A DNA stretch of 64,000 bases, from contig JAZDKB010000016.1 of assembly GCA_043803405.1 (NCBI GenBank), positions 32,001 through 96,000 of the forward strand. Reading direction: 5' to 3'. The stretch comes from Spirochaetota bacterium (lineage in GTDB: Bacteria > Spirochaetota > UBA4802 > JAFGDQ01). Shown here piece after piece: positions 1-9,608 of the stretch. Every line of letters begins with the position of its first letter. Position 1 is the stretch's first letter. A program made the position numbers and the translations under genes. Below the pieces are notes generated by a model, which made no database searches, was not told the origin of the DNA, and was given only the letters and a program-made list of their open reading frames with translations.

Positions 1-1310
1 GCATTAAAATTAAGAATAATTTTCTGAAAATTATTGCCCGAAGTGCTTATGGATAATAGTCCGGGCTGGTCATAAACTGAAACCGGTATCTTTTCTTTGT
101 AAATAATATTGTTTTTAATTGAAATATCTGAGGTTACCGTTAAAATATTTTTTCCATTACTTCTGTAAGAAACATTTTTTAAATTCAGATTTCCTGAAAA
201 ATTTTTATATTCGCATGAGATGTTTCCAGTAACCCAGCCGTATAAATTGTTTAAAATATTACTGTTTAAAAATGTTAATAATCCTTTTGCGTCAATTAGA
301 CTCGAATCAATATCGGTAATATTAAATCTGATCAGACTATCTTTTATTTTACTGCTAAAAGAAAAAAAGATTTGATTAATAAAAAATTTGGATTTTTCGA
401 CTTCTCCTCTTATCTTTATCAAATCAACGGTTTCTTTATTAAGATCAACCCTGCATTTTCCATCGGCATTCACAATTTTGGAATTTGTTAAGTACGAATC
501 TCCTTTTGCAAATCCCTCGACAAAATCTTTTGTTATTTTTAAACCGGTAACATTGCCGGTAAAATTAGTAAATGGCAAAGACAAATCTTTTACCCACTTG
601 TATACCCAAAGCAGGGAACACTTCTTAAGCCTGCAGTCGCCTGTAACTTCAAAATCATTTTCAAATACAGAAACGCCTATTTTATCAGAATAAATTGTGC
701 CGCGTTCTTCAGGTAAAATAATAATACAGTCCGTTACTGCGAATGAATCGCTAACATGGATGTTAACCGTTCCGTTAAAAACATATCTGCCTTCCAATGG
801 CTTTAAAATATCAGGCGGATTTTTTAATGTTATTTCCGCATTTTTAAATTTAATTATGGATATTTTTGTTTTAATTCCTGATTCGCTGCTGTTTTTAAGA
901 TCAAGCAGCAATTTCCCAAGATTGGATTTTCCATCATCGTATATAATATGTATTTTAAAATTATTTAATACTATACCGCTGATGATGAATTCTTTTTTAA
1001 GAAGAGGCAGCAGAGAAAATTTAATATCTGCTTCCTTTACAGAAGCAAGTATGTCCTTATCCGGTATTTTATCGTCTGTATATAAATTATTATAAATGCG
1101 GATATTCTTTAAAGTAATACCCTGGAGACCGTAATCGATTTCCTGAATAATTATTTTTCTTTTTAATGTTTCTTCAGCGCTGGAGATTATAATGGACAGT
1201 ATTTTATCTTTAGGGAAATAATGATAAACAAGAAATGCGCTTAATGAGATTGCTAATATTGCGGTGCCGGAAATAATAAGAGCAAATTTAAAAAACCTTG
1301 CTTTCTTCAC
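1..1310 (-). CDS. AsmA-like membrane-anchored protein (partial, runs off the left edge; not in the ORF track)
   Basis: Manual translation from GTG at 1310 gives VKKARFFKFALIISGTAILAISLSAFLVYHYFPKDKILSIIISSAEETLKRKIIIQEIDYGLQGITLKNIRIY...ILASVKEADIKFSLLPLLKKEFIISGIVL, open to the window edge. N-terminal TM followed by an AsmA_N-like pattern. Overlaps the crp stop by 23 nt. Confidence 0.7.
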   Translation of the reverse strand, partial: MKKARFFKFALIISGTAILAISLSAFLVYHYFPKDKILSIIISSAEETLKRKIIIQEIDYGLQGITLKNIRIYNNLYTDDKIPDKDILASVKEADIKFSLLPLLKKEFIISGIVLNNFKIHIIYDDGKSNLGKLLLDLKNSSESGIKTKISIIKFKNAEITLKNPPDILKPLEGRYVFNGTVNIHVSDSFAVTDCIIILPEERGTIYSDKIGVSVFENDFEVTGDCRLKKCSLLWVYKWVKDLSLPFTNFTGNVTGLKITKDFVEGFAKGDSYLTNSKIVNADGKCRVDLNKETVDLIKIRGEVEKSKFFINQIFFSFSSKIKDSLIRFNITDIDSSLIDAKGLLTFLNSNILNNLYGWVTGNISCEYKNFSGNLNLKNVSYRSNGKNILTVTSDISIKNNIIYKEKIPVSVYDQPGLLSISTSGNNFQKIILNFN

Positions 1311-2508
1311 GTTTTTTATCCATCATTGCTTTTTTCTTGAAGTACTGCACGCTCTTTTCCAGCTCTTCCAGGTTTTTACAAACAAGTTTTCCGGATTCCA
1401 GAGTAAAAAATTTATCTTCCAGAAGCTGATTTATGTATGGGCCGCCTTTCTCGTGCGGGACGCCGACCAGCTGCAAAAGCTCGTTAGTACCGAATTCAAA
1501 GTTATGCGGCTGATGCTGATGTATAGGAATTTTTTGCTTCTCCAGCTGCAGAAGCAGAGTATCGTATATTCTGGCCATCGGATCTTTTATAGTAAGATTC
1601 TCAAGCTGACGGTATGCTGTCCATATTCTTTCACTCAATATGCTGATGATCTTGATAGCTAGTTGAGGTTTCATGTGAACCATTTCTTCAAAGTTAGCCT
1701 TTGTTATAGCCATCAGGTTAACATCGCCGAAAGAAATTGCTGACGCGTTCCTGGGTTTGTTGTCGAGCAGCGACATTTCCCCGAAAATATCCCCCTGTTT
1801 AAGCACTGCAAGAAGCATTTCCTCATCACCGCTTATTTTCGTTATCTTAACTTTTCCGCTTTGTATAATATAGACTTCTCCACCTGGTTCATTTTCGCAA
1901 AATATCATTGTATTATCCGGATATACCTTTCTCAGATCCAGGGATTCCTGGACAGGAGCCTTAAGCGGAGCTTTCATGGTTTTAAGGCTGGAAATTGCGT
2001 TTTCCACATTATGTCCTTTCGGACAGTGCTCAAGATATTTCTGATATGCGTAGATTGCATGCCGTAAAGCTTTCTTTTTATAGTAATATTCACCAATCGC
2101 GAATATATGTTCAGGATTTTCTTCTGCTGCTTCCTGCAGTGTAAGCCGTGTTACCGCCTGATTAAAGCTGCGGAGTTTCCTGCTGAAAAACCTGATGATC
2201 TTCATGGCGATTACCGGGTTTTTCTGGATCAGCATGCCGAACTGTTCCCTTTCAACCGATATCAGGGAAACATTCGATACTGCAACCGCTGTCTCAATCC
2301 TGGCGCGGTTGCTCATACATGAGATTACTCCGAAAAAATCTCCCGGTCCAAGAAGACTGGCAGTGTCGTCTGCAATCGTAGGATTTTCTTTTATAACCTT
2401 AACATTGCCGCTTCGTATAATATAAAAATTGTCGGCGTTTTTTTTACCCTCTACAATAATGAAGGATTTTGTAAGATAATTTACAACCTTAAATTGAGTT
2501 GTAGTCAT
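1288..2508 (-). CDS. Crp/Fnr-family regulator with two cNMP-binding domains and a central TPR
   Basis: FYIIRSGNVKV...GDFFGV and VYIIQSGKVKI...GDIFGEMSLLDNKPRNASA; TPR-like IFAIGEYYYKK...YQKYLEHCPKG; HTH-like C-terminus. Confidence 0.85.
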   Translation of the reverse strand: MTTTQFKVVNYLTKSFIIVEGKKNADNFYIIRSGNVKVIKENPTIADDTASLLGPGDFFGVISCMSNRARIETAVAVSNVSLISVEREQFGMLIQKNPVIAMKIIRFFSRKLRSFNQAVTRLTLQEAAEENPEHIFAIGEYYYKKKALRHAIYAYQKYLEHCPKGHNVENAISSLKTMKAPLKAPVQESLDLRKVYPDNTMIFCENEPGGEVYIIQSGKVKITKISGDEEMLLAVLKQGDIFGEMSLLDNKPRNASAISFGDVNLMAITKANFEEMVHMKPQLAIKIISILSERIWTAYRQLENLTIKDPMARIYDTLLLQLEKQKIPIHQHQPHNFEFGTNELLQLVGVPHEKGGPYINQLLEDKFFTLESGKLVCKNLEELEKSVQYFKKKAMMDKKREESKVF

Positions 2509-2678
2509 TTTCTCCTCAATAGGAAAACGGAACAGTTACAATAATGTTATACTTATCTGCGTAAAATATCAAATAACTTCATAATTGGATAATGTTAATT
2601 ATAGTAACAATTATCATAATTAAAATCGGCATAAAATCAAGCATTTTCAAGAAATAATATCTTATTTCCTTTAATAAA

Positions 2679-3278
2679 TTAAAATATCTCCATTATTGCT
2701 TCTGCCATCAGTTTATAACCGTCTTCATTAGGATGGACAAGATCCTCCTGGACAAATGTCCTGAAATGAGTCTTATCCTTAATATGACCTTCCCAGTATT
2801 TATCCACCCTTGCGATCGGTATATTATTTTTCACTGCAATATTTTCCAGGACATTATAAAAAATTTTGGCCACTTCGCTTTCTATATTATATCCCATATA
2901 TATTGAAGTTATAATAATTATATCCACATCAAGTTTTTCGTTCAGGCGGCTGATAATTCCCTGTATATTTTTACTGTATTCTGAGGGAGAATAACCTGTA
3001 AAAGCGTCATTTAAAGCGAACTGGACAAAAACAGCGTCAGGTTTATGTTTTATAACATCCCTTTCCAAACGACCAAGACCCCCGGAAGCAGTATCTCCGG
3101 GGATTCCTTTATTTATTATATTAAGACTGCAATCCGGATACTTTTCCAGAAGCATTTCCTTTAAATAATCCAGGAAACCCTTATCTACAAGCCATCCGTA
3201 TGTAAGCGAATCCCCAAGAGCAGCTATGGTTACAGGATTTCCCTGTTCCATCTTTTTTATTGTTTTTTCAGATCTCAT
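2679..3278 (-). CDS. SGNH/GDSL hydrolase
   Basis: Blocks GDSLT, GIPGDTA, QFALND and DLVHP are all present. Confidence 0.9.
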   Translation of the reverse strand: MRSEKTIKKMEQGNPVTIAALGDSLTYGWLVDKGFLDYLKEMLLEKYPDCSLNIINKGIPGDTASGGLGRLERDVIKHKPDAVFVQFALNDAFTGYSPSEYSKNIQGIISRLNEKLDVDIIIITSIYMGYNIESEVAKIFYNVLENIAVKNNIPIARVDKYWEGHIKDKTHFRTFVQEDLVHPNEDGYKLMAEAIMEIF

Positions 3279-3362
3279 TTAAAAAATTATTTCCTTAAAT
3301 TAATAAAAATAGTTGCAAACAAAATAGGAATTATCGCAATATCTTTGCAATAATTATTTATA

Positions 3363-3391
3363 TTGACTTTTTAAAATAAGTTCATTATTCT
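3363..3391 (+). promoter_or_regulatory. Putative sigma70 promoter
   Basis: TTGACT-N17-TATTCT upstream of the 3583 ORF. Confidence 0.4.
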
Positions 3392-3406
3392 TGCTGCTAA
3401 TATTAC

Positions 3407-3446
3407 AAGATTATTACATTTAGCCAGGCCTAAATGCAATAATCTT
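3407..3446. repeat. 17-bp inverted repeat (stem-loop)
   Basis: aagattattacatttag / ctaaatgcaataatctt, 16/17 complementary, 6-nt loop. Confidence 0.75.
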
Positions 3447-3582
3447 TTATCCGCTTTTATTTTATGCGGCTTTTTTCGCAAAACGGTTCAAATCATGGAT
3501 AACAGCAGTGAAATACGTGTATATTTTTAACCATTATTTTAAATTTTAGAGGAAAACAGCACTTAAATTTGCTGATAATAAT

Positions 3583-3822
3583 ATGAAAAATAAATCGGAT
3601 AATAAAGAATCATTATGGCCTGATCTGGATGTTAAAGTCCGTTATAAAAAAGATAACAGTTTTATGTATCTTTACCAGCAATTCTCGAAATATAAAGATT
3701 CAAAATTATATAAAGCTATTTACAACCATCCCTTTGTTTCAATAACTATTTTAATTCTTTGGGGTGTCTTTATATTAATATTATTCATGACTATATTATT
3801 TACACTATATAAAAAGTCCTGA
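3583..3822 (+). CDS. Small single-TM hypothetical protein
   Basis: 79 aa with hydrophobic C-terminal helix FVSITILILWGVFILILFMTILFTLY. Confidence 0.55.
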   Translation: MKNKSDNKESLWPDLDVKVRYKKDNSFMYLYQQFSKYKDSKLYKAIYNHPFVSITILILWGVFILILFMTILFTLYKKS

Positions 3823-3834
3823 ATATATTCCGCA

Positions 3835-6054
3835 TTAATCAAAGACCTCATATACAGTATCATCAATAACAAATCTGATTTTTTTTCCAAGGGAATAAAA
3901 TTCTGCAACCTCAGGCCTGTTCTTTAACAGGTCAAAGTATTCTTTTCCTGCGAAACGAAGCTGTACTGATTTGTCCCTCTTTTTTGTCTGAATTTTAGAG
4001 TCTATCCAGTACCCGCCCGCGTTGTAAACTGCCCGGCCTTGGATGTTCTTCACCTGCCCTGCCTGGCCCTGTGCTTCGCCCGGCTTTCCCGCAAAACCGA
4101 TACGGGAAATGCTTTGCTGTGCGTCGCTCACTCTGACAGCATTGTTCAGAGCCTGGAATTCCTGGCTCGGCAGAACGGAAGCTGCCCCGGATTTTTGCGT
4201 CATTGCCCGGTATTCCATTTCGCTTCTCTTTGCCATGTCCTTCACTTTCGGGGCAATGTTCCCGATAGTCTGATCGTCTTCCTTAAGCTCTCCGCCGGAG
4301 ATGCGCTTTCTCTCGTCTTCAAGTATAAGATAGCTTGTGTACGGAGTAACGATCCCGTATTTACGTGCGATTTCCGTTACCTCTCCAACAAGCTCTTTAT
4401 CTTCGCCGTTAAGCCTTATCTGATCAAGCAGATACCCAACGTAACGCGCGGCCCACAAATAAGGGATAAAGTCATTCTTTACGTTTTCTTTTCCCGTAAA
4501 ATTGACTTTATACTCATATCTTTGAACCTTATCTTTTACCCTGCCTTCAAGTATAACTTTCACATCCCCGCTGCCGTTATATGCCCCCAGCAGCGTAAGG
4601 GACGACCCTTTGAAAATATCCGGCAGATCCCTGGGATATGTTTTATATGTCTTAATGTTTCCCGCAAACGTAAGTTTGATATCCGTAAGCACAGGCGACT
4701 GCACTTTTGAATAAAAATTAGATATCTTTACTTCGATGTCTTCTTTTGGAGAGATGTAATATCGGTATGCTTTTGTTTCTTTTGTGATCTTGTCCAGAAG
4801 ATGCGTATTGATATCATAACCTATTCCGAAAGTAAAAATTCTTACACCGGACTTATTAATTTTTTTTATTTTGTTTACTAATTTGTCCTCGTCGGTTTCT
4901 CCAATTGTCGGTTTGCCATCAGTAATAAAAATTATTATATGAGGCCTGCCGCCATCCTTTGCAGATAAAGCAAGATTGAGCGCTTCCTCAATATGCGTCC
5001 CGCCTATAGCTCTCATGTTATCAATGAATTTTTTTGCTTTATCTATGTTGACTGTGTCTGTTTTTGCAGGATTACCGAACAATGCCTCTGCTTCAGTTGA
5101 GAACCTGATGATCTGGAAGCGGTCGCCCTTGTTGAGATTATTCACGCAAAAAAGCAGCGCCTTCTTTGCCTGATCGAGCTTTTCGCCTGCCATGCTACCG
5201 GAAACATCTAGCACAAAAGTAATATCTTTCTCGCTAATGACGTTCTCTGCTGCGCCAAGGCCGGGGCTTGCGCTAAGAAAAAAATACCCGTCCTTATTTT
5301 TTTCCCTGTAAGTCAGCACGGAAAGCCCTACCCCGGATTTGTTCGTATCATAATACAGATTAAAATCAGTATCCGGTTTAACATCTTTCTGTTCAAAACT
5401 CACAATTGCATGATTTTCGCTTTTACGGATAATCTCCGTTTCATGGCTTGTGCAATATATATTTTTTAAGCTTTCGCCGGATTTAATATCAGCATAAATT
5501 GAGACATCTTTAAGAGGCTTTGCTGAAAATTTTTCAGTATTTAACGGATAAATATATTCAATTGTGCCGTTATCTTTTTCCAGGATTTGTGTGTAGGATA
5601 TTTTTACCCGCTTTGCAGAACGCGGCTCAATCGGGAATATTCGCACCTTAAAGATGCCCCTGCCCTGATATTCCAGCAGCGCCGGGTCGAGCGACTTCCG
5701 CACTATATCTTCGTATATCTGACGTGCTTTATGAGCATCCAGAATCTCGGCTACTGTTTCTGCACCGTTGATGAACATCGTGAACTTTTTTATTACAGCG
5801 TCTTCTGGTATTGGGAAAATGTAATAGCCTTCGAGTGTCGCCGCGGTTGGATTATAAAATTCCTGGTCTATGTTTGTTACTGAGCTCTGATCCTGTATAT
5901 CGATTTTCACGCGGTGATACCTGACCTCAAGCGGGAACGGAGTCCTGATAATATTGCGCGGCGGTTCCGGTACAACGATGAATCCGTCGGCAAAGAGTTT
6001 TCCGGAAAAATATAATATTAATGCCATAACAAGTATATATTTTAACATTTTCAT
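3835..6054 (-). CDS. Secreted VIT + vWA domain protein (inter-alpha-trypsin inhibitor heavy chain-like)
   Basis: Signal peptide; VIT motifs QEFYNP, LEGYYIFPIP, DPALLE; vWA MIDAS FVLDVSGSM, GGT, FITDG; C-terminal YGIVTPYTSYL; SD aaggag. Confidence 0.9.
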   Translation of the reverse strand: MKMLKYILVMALILYFSGKLFADGFIVVPEPPRNIIRTPFPLEVRYHRVKIDIQDQSSVTNIDQEFYNPTAATLEGYYIFPIPEDAVIKKFTMFINGAETVAEILDAHKARQIYEDIVRKSLDPALLEYQGRGIFKVRIFPIEPRSAKRVKISYTQILEKDNGTIEYIYPLNTEKFSAKPLKDVSIYADIKSGESLKNIYCTSHETEIIRKSENHAIVSFEQKDVKPDTDFNLYYDTNKSGVGLSVLTYREKNKDGYFFLSASPGLGAAENVISEKDITFVLDVSGSMAGEKLDQAKKALLFCVNNLNKGDRFQIIRFSTEAEALFGNPAKTDTVNIDKAKKFIDNMRAIGGTHIEEALNLALSAKDGGRPHIIIFITDGKPTIGETDEDKLVNKIKKINKSGVRIFTFGIGYDINTHLLDKITKETKAYRYYISPKEDIEVKISNFYSKVQSPVLTDIKLTFAGNIKTYKTYPRDLPDIFKGSSLTLLGAYNGSGDVKVILEGRVKDKVQRYEYKVNFTGKENVKNDFIPYLWAARYVGYLLDQIRLNGEDKELVGEVTEIARKYGIVTPYTSYLILEDERKRISGGELKEDDQTIGNIAPKVKDMAKRSEMEYRAMTQKSGAASVLPSQEFQALNNAVRVSDAQQSISRIGFAGKPGEAQGQAGQVKNIQGRAVYNAGGYWIDSKIQTKKRDKSVQLRFAGKEYFDLLKNRPEVAEFYSLGKKIRFVIDDTVYEVFD

Positions 6055-6173
6055 AATCTTACTCCTTCTTGATAAACTCTCTTGTGTCCATTATGAGAGA
6101 TCTCTCTTTTCTACATAATTTGCAGCACATTATGGCATTCTTAGCGGCACATGCCGCGCTCTTTACGATGTCA

Positions 6174-6201
6174 ATAAGGGCGACCGGCCGATCGCCCTTA
6201 T
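6174..6201. repeat. REP-like GC-rich palindrome
   Basis: ataagggcgaccgg / ccgatcgcccttat, 13/14 complementary, in the spacer between the vWA and VIT genes. Confidence 0.65.
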
Positions 6202-6214
6202 GCAACGCACTCTT

Positions 6215-7360
6215 TTATTTAAATTTGAACTCCTTTTTCTCAGCCTGATCGCGCACTGTTTTTATGATTGCAGCGTCCAGCGTATTATCTTTGGATTGCT
6301 TCTTCATTTCGCTTTCGACATATTTGCGCCTGTCTTCATTAAGGGCATTTATTTTCTTTTGAACTTCAGCTCTTTTCTTTACTAATTTATCAACATATTC
6401 CTTTCTTTCCTTTCCTGTTAATCCTTTCATTTCAGCAGGCAGCTCATCATCCTTAAGCTTCTCAATATCTACATTGCCTCTTTCTGTTGCATCAACAACG
6501 TCCCATGACGCGTTATTGTACTGTCCCGAAGCCTTGGCAACCGATCTCTGCACTACTGCTTCTGCGCTTACTGACGCAGCGTTCATGTCCTGCTTAGCCT
6601 GCTTTTCTTTCTTCTCGCGGCCTGCAGTTCCGTACGCAATGTAAGTCTTGTTAAGCTCAGCGCCAAGCTTTGCTATCTCTTTATCCTGCGGAGCTTCTAT
6701 ATAAGCGATTTCCTGATTCTGGTCAATATTGACATATTTGCCATCCGCAAGATCAGCTCCATCTTTCCATTTTGTATCAACGCCTTCTTTGTAATTTCCG
6801 CAGAAAATCGTATTCACTATTATGCCTTTTGAAATAGCGTTTTTGCATGACTTAACATAATCGACCTTGCCCTGCGTAAACGGCTCATTGCCTGCAATAA
6901 ATATTACTTTATAAGTATCCTTATTCTGGCTCCAGCCGAGGTTCTTTACGGCAGATTCGATCACCTGCCCGCAGTATTCGTCTCCGCCGTTCGTGCTAAG
7001 GCTGAAAAGCTTTTCGGATACTGTGTCAAGATCGCCTGTAAGCGGAAGCACTTTGCGTATATAGCCGTCCTGTGATGAAAGGCCGCTGTTCCCGTACTCA
7101 TAAAGTGCAACCTCTATGCTGGGGCTTTTTCCGTTTCTCTTTGCGATTGCGAGCTCGTTCACTATCTTCCACAGCTGCGACTTTGCCTGATTAATAAGTC
7201 CGTCCATGCTGTTGCTGGTATCGAGCAGTATTGCCATCTGTATCAGTTCTTTTTTTTCTTTCTGCGCAAATGCGCTGCCTGTAAACGTCGAAAATAGAAT
7301 TGTGCTTATAAATCCTGCACATAACAAAACCGAACTAAATCTTTTTAAATATGGTCTCAT
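6215..7360 (-). CDS. Secreted vWA domain protein
   Basis: Start moved to ATG 7360 (aggagg SD upstream); signal peptide ending AFA; MIDAS AILLDTSNSM, GGDEYCG, IFIAGNE; helical C-terminus. Confidence 0.88.
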   Translation of the reverse strand: MRPYLKRFSSVLLCAGFISTILFSTFTGSAFAQKEKKELIQMAILLDTSNSMDGLINQAKSQLWKIVNELAIAKRNGKSPSIEVALYEYGNSGLSSQDGYIRKVLPLTGDLDTVSEKLFSLSTNGGDEYCGQVIESAVKNLGWSQNKDTYKVIFIAGNEPFTQGKVDYVKSCKNAISKGIIVNTIFCGNYKEGVDTKWKDGADLADGKYVNIDQNQEIAYIEAPQDKEIAKLGAELNKTYIAYGTAGREKKEKQAKQDMNAASVSAEAVVQRSVAKASGQYNNASWDVVDATERGNVDIEKLKDDELPAEMKGLTGKERKEYVDKLVKKRAEVQKKINALNEDRRKYVESEMKKQSKDNTLDAAIIKTVRDQAEKKEFKFK

Positions 7361-7411
7361 ATATGAGCCTCCTTTATTATTTTTCAAAATCCTTTTTTTC
7401 TTTATGCAATA

Positions 7412-7439
7412 TTAGACAAAAACAGCCGGGAAAAGTTCC
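7412..7439 (-). promoter_or_regulatory. ECF (sigmaE-type) promoter for the vWA/VIT-vWA genes
   Basis: Minus strand GGAACT-N16-GTCTAA (plus strand ttagac 7412-7417, agttcc 7434-7439). Confidence 0.8.
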
Positions 7440-7520
7440 GGAATTTAAGAATATTTTATTTTAATATTTTATAAAAAGCCAGTTAAAAATGATCCTGTTT
7501 AGAGGGCAAACTTGGGGTTT

Positions 7521-7560
7521 AATAAAAAATTAAGGCAGTAAAAATTTTTTTACTGCCTTA
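7521..7560 (-). terminator. Rho-independent terminator after dodecin
   Basis: 14-bp arms taaggcagtaaaaa / tttttactgcctta, followed on the minus strand by attttttatt. Confidence 0.75.
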
Positions 7561-7613
7561 AAAGAAGCTCGATTGAATAATTAAAAAAAAATAAATTCCT
7601 GAGAAATAATTAT

Positions 7614-7826
7614 TTATTCCTCCAGATTGTACTTAAAAGAAACCTTTACCTTAACCCTGTACTCGATTACCCTGCCGTTTTCAAGTCTCATATCCATCTC
7701 TACGACTTCAGCGACACGTAAATCCTTAAGGTTCTTCGCTGCCGACTCAACTGCATTTCTTGCGGCATCTTCCCACGATTTTAAACTTGATCCGATAATC
7801 TCAATTACTTTATATATGCTTTCCAT
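7614..7826 (-). CDS. Dodecin (flavin-binding) family protein
   Basis: YKVIEIIGSS..SWEDAARNAV...LRVAEV...YRVKVKVSFKY; start moved to MESIY. Confidence 0.9.
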   Translation of the reverse strand: MESIYKVIEIIGSSLKSWEDAARNAVESAAKNLKDLRVAEVVEMDMRLENGRVIEYRVKVKVSFKYNLEE

Positions 7827-7915
7827 AAAAACCCCTGAGTTATAGATTGTTAATAGGTTATTACAAAACACATAACTCCGGAGTCAATTAAGATTTATTT
7901 ATAAAATATTTATTT

Positions 7916-8986
7916 TTATTTAATATAATCAATTTTAACTTTCAGTCTTACATTGCCGGTTTTATTGTTTTTGTAGGAGGGTGTTTTTTCCTGACTCAGA
8001 TTGCCGAAACTGCTTATTCGATTTAAAAAATATTTTTGATGTTGGACCGGTATTTCCACAATAATATATTGATCCGGATGTTTTCTGTCCAATTCCTGTT
8101 TAATTATTTTACCTTTCATTTCAAGAACAGCTTTTCTAATCTCCGCTATTGTTGCATCCGCGTTCATTTCCTGTGTTTCGGATTCAGCTTTCGGCTTAAG
8201 AGCTTCCGATTGCTGCTCCTTCTTTGCTTGTGCTATTGTTACAGATTCAGCAGCTTCTCTGCTTTTTTCCATGTCGATCGGAGCACCTGCTGCTTTATCT
8301 TTGCTAAAGCGATCTGCTTTAAAAACATTCGATGCTTCATCGAGTTCTGCAGGGCTTGCAGGATGAGGAGCGCTCCTCACGCTGTCATCGATCCGGGCAT
8401 TCTCATAGCGTACAGTAGACAGAGCCAGCCTGTATACCGCAAGCTCCGCATGAATCGCTTGTCTGGTTTTGCCGGCTTTGGCAAATGTTTGCTCATCTTT
8501 TGAGACCGCAGCGACAGATGGCTCTTTTTTTCTTATCTCCGTTTGCAGCGACCTTTCAACAACAGCTAAATCAGTTTTCTTATCCATTACGCCGGAACTG
8601 TCTTTAAAGTCAAATTTCTCTGCAACATTCATGCTTTTGTTAATCTGATCCGCCGGATAAATAAATATAATAATTAATAGAGCAACAGCAGCCACACCGA
8701 GAACCTCAACCGGAACCTTAATCTTCAGAGGAAAAAATAAAATCCGCGCTATTTTCCGAAAACCCGATTGCTTATCAATGCGCTCGTTCATTTGTTCAAG
8801 GAAATCGGCCGGAGCCTTAGCCTGTTTAAGGGAAGCCATTTCCTTCTTATATTTCTTAAGTGAAGCAAGCTCAGTACTGCAGTCTTTACAGGACGCTACA
8901 TGCTTTTTGACAATGGCAGATAAATCCTTGCTCAATTCGTTTTCTGAATATTCATCAAGGAGTTTTTGTATTTCGTGACAGTCCAT
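7916..8986 (-). CDS. Zinc-binding (zf-HC2/ZAS) transmembrane anti-sigma factor
   Basis: MDCHEIQKLL...HVASCKDC (HxxxCxxC), one TM, long extracytoplasmic region; starts 1 nt after the sigma stop. Confidence 0.88.
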   Translation of the reverse strand: MDCHEIQKLLDEYSENELSKDLSAIVKKHVASCKDCSTELASLKKYKKEMASLKQAKAPADFLEQMNERIDKQSGFRKIARILFFPLKIKVPVEVLGVAAVALLIIIFIYPADQINKSMNVAEKFDFKDSSGVMDKKTDLAVVERSLQTEIRKKEPSVAAVSKDEQTFAKAGKTRQAIHAELAVYRLALSTVRYENARIDDSVRSAPHPASPAELDEASNVFKADRFSKDKAAGAPIDMEKSREAAESVTIAQAKKEQQSEALKPKAESETQEMNADATIAEIRKAVLEMKGKIIKQELDRKHPDQYIIVEIPVQHQKYFLNRISSFGNLSQEKTPSYKNNKTGNVRLKVKIDYIK

Positions 8987-8987
8987 A

Positions 8988-9608
8988 TTACATAACTCCT
9001 GTTAATTTTTCTCTTAATTCCTGCCTGGCTCTTGCGAGCCTTGACTTGACTGTGCCCATATTAAGTCCGGTTATAGAGACTATTTCTTCATAAGATTTAT
9101 TTTCAATATCGCGTAAAACTATTAATATCTTCTCCCTGCTCTTTAATGAATCAACAGCATTCTGAATTATTGTTTCTCTTTCTTTTTTTTCATATAATTT
9201 TTCCGGGTTAAACGAGTTGTCGCCTGCTTTTATTCCCGGATTGCGTTCCCATGAAGATTCATTTACAGGTAGCGGACAATCCAGGCTCACTGCCTTTTTT
9301 TTCATTCTTGACGATAATGACGATATATTATTTTTACATGTATTTACTGAAATCCTGTACAGCCATGTGCTGAAACTTGATCCGAATTTAAATGTTTTCA
9401 AGTTGCTGAACACTTTAATGAATATCTCCTGCGCGCAGTCATTTGCCTCATCGTAATCGCCAAGCAAACGATAGCACAGATTATAGACACTATCCCTGTA
9501 TTTCAGCACCAGCTTATTAAAGGCAGCTCTGTCATTGCTGTTTCCCAGAAAAGCCTTTATCAAACTGAAATCTTCATCCCGCTGCAATTTATTCTTTCTT
9601 TCATTCAT
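8988..9608 (-). CDS. ECF RNA polymerase sigma factor (RpoE/SigW-like); true start possibly TTG at 9587
   Basis: Region 2 DCAQEIFIKVF...FSTWLYRISVN; region 4 SYEEIV...GTVKSRLARAR. Confidence 0.93.
   Translation of the reverse strand: MNERKNKLQRDEDFSLIKAFLGNSNDRAAFNKLVLKYRDSVYNLCYRLLGDYDEANDCAQEIFIKVFSNLKTFKFGSSFSTWLYRISVNTCKNNISSLSSRMKKKAVSLDCPLPVNESSWERNPGIKAGDNSFNPEKLYEKKERETIIQNAVDSLKSREKILIVLRDIENKSYEEIVSITGLNMGTVKSRLARARQELREKLTGVM

Noticed and set aside
388..1662. Plus-strand ORFs 388-693, 697-1095 and 1264-1662, and similar short antisense ORFs throughout the track
   Set aside because: Shadows of longer, well-supported genes on the opposite strand; no recognisable motifs
2622..2650. 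Sigma28-like TGAA-N15-GCCGATTT upstream of crp
   Set aside because: Equally readable as a sigma70 TTGATT/TATGAT promoter; ambiguous in AT-rich DNA
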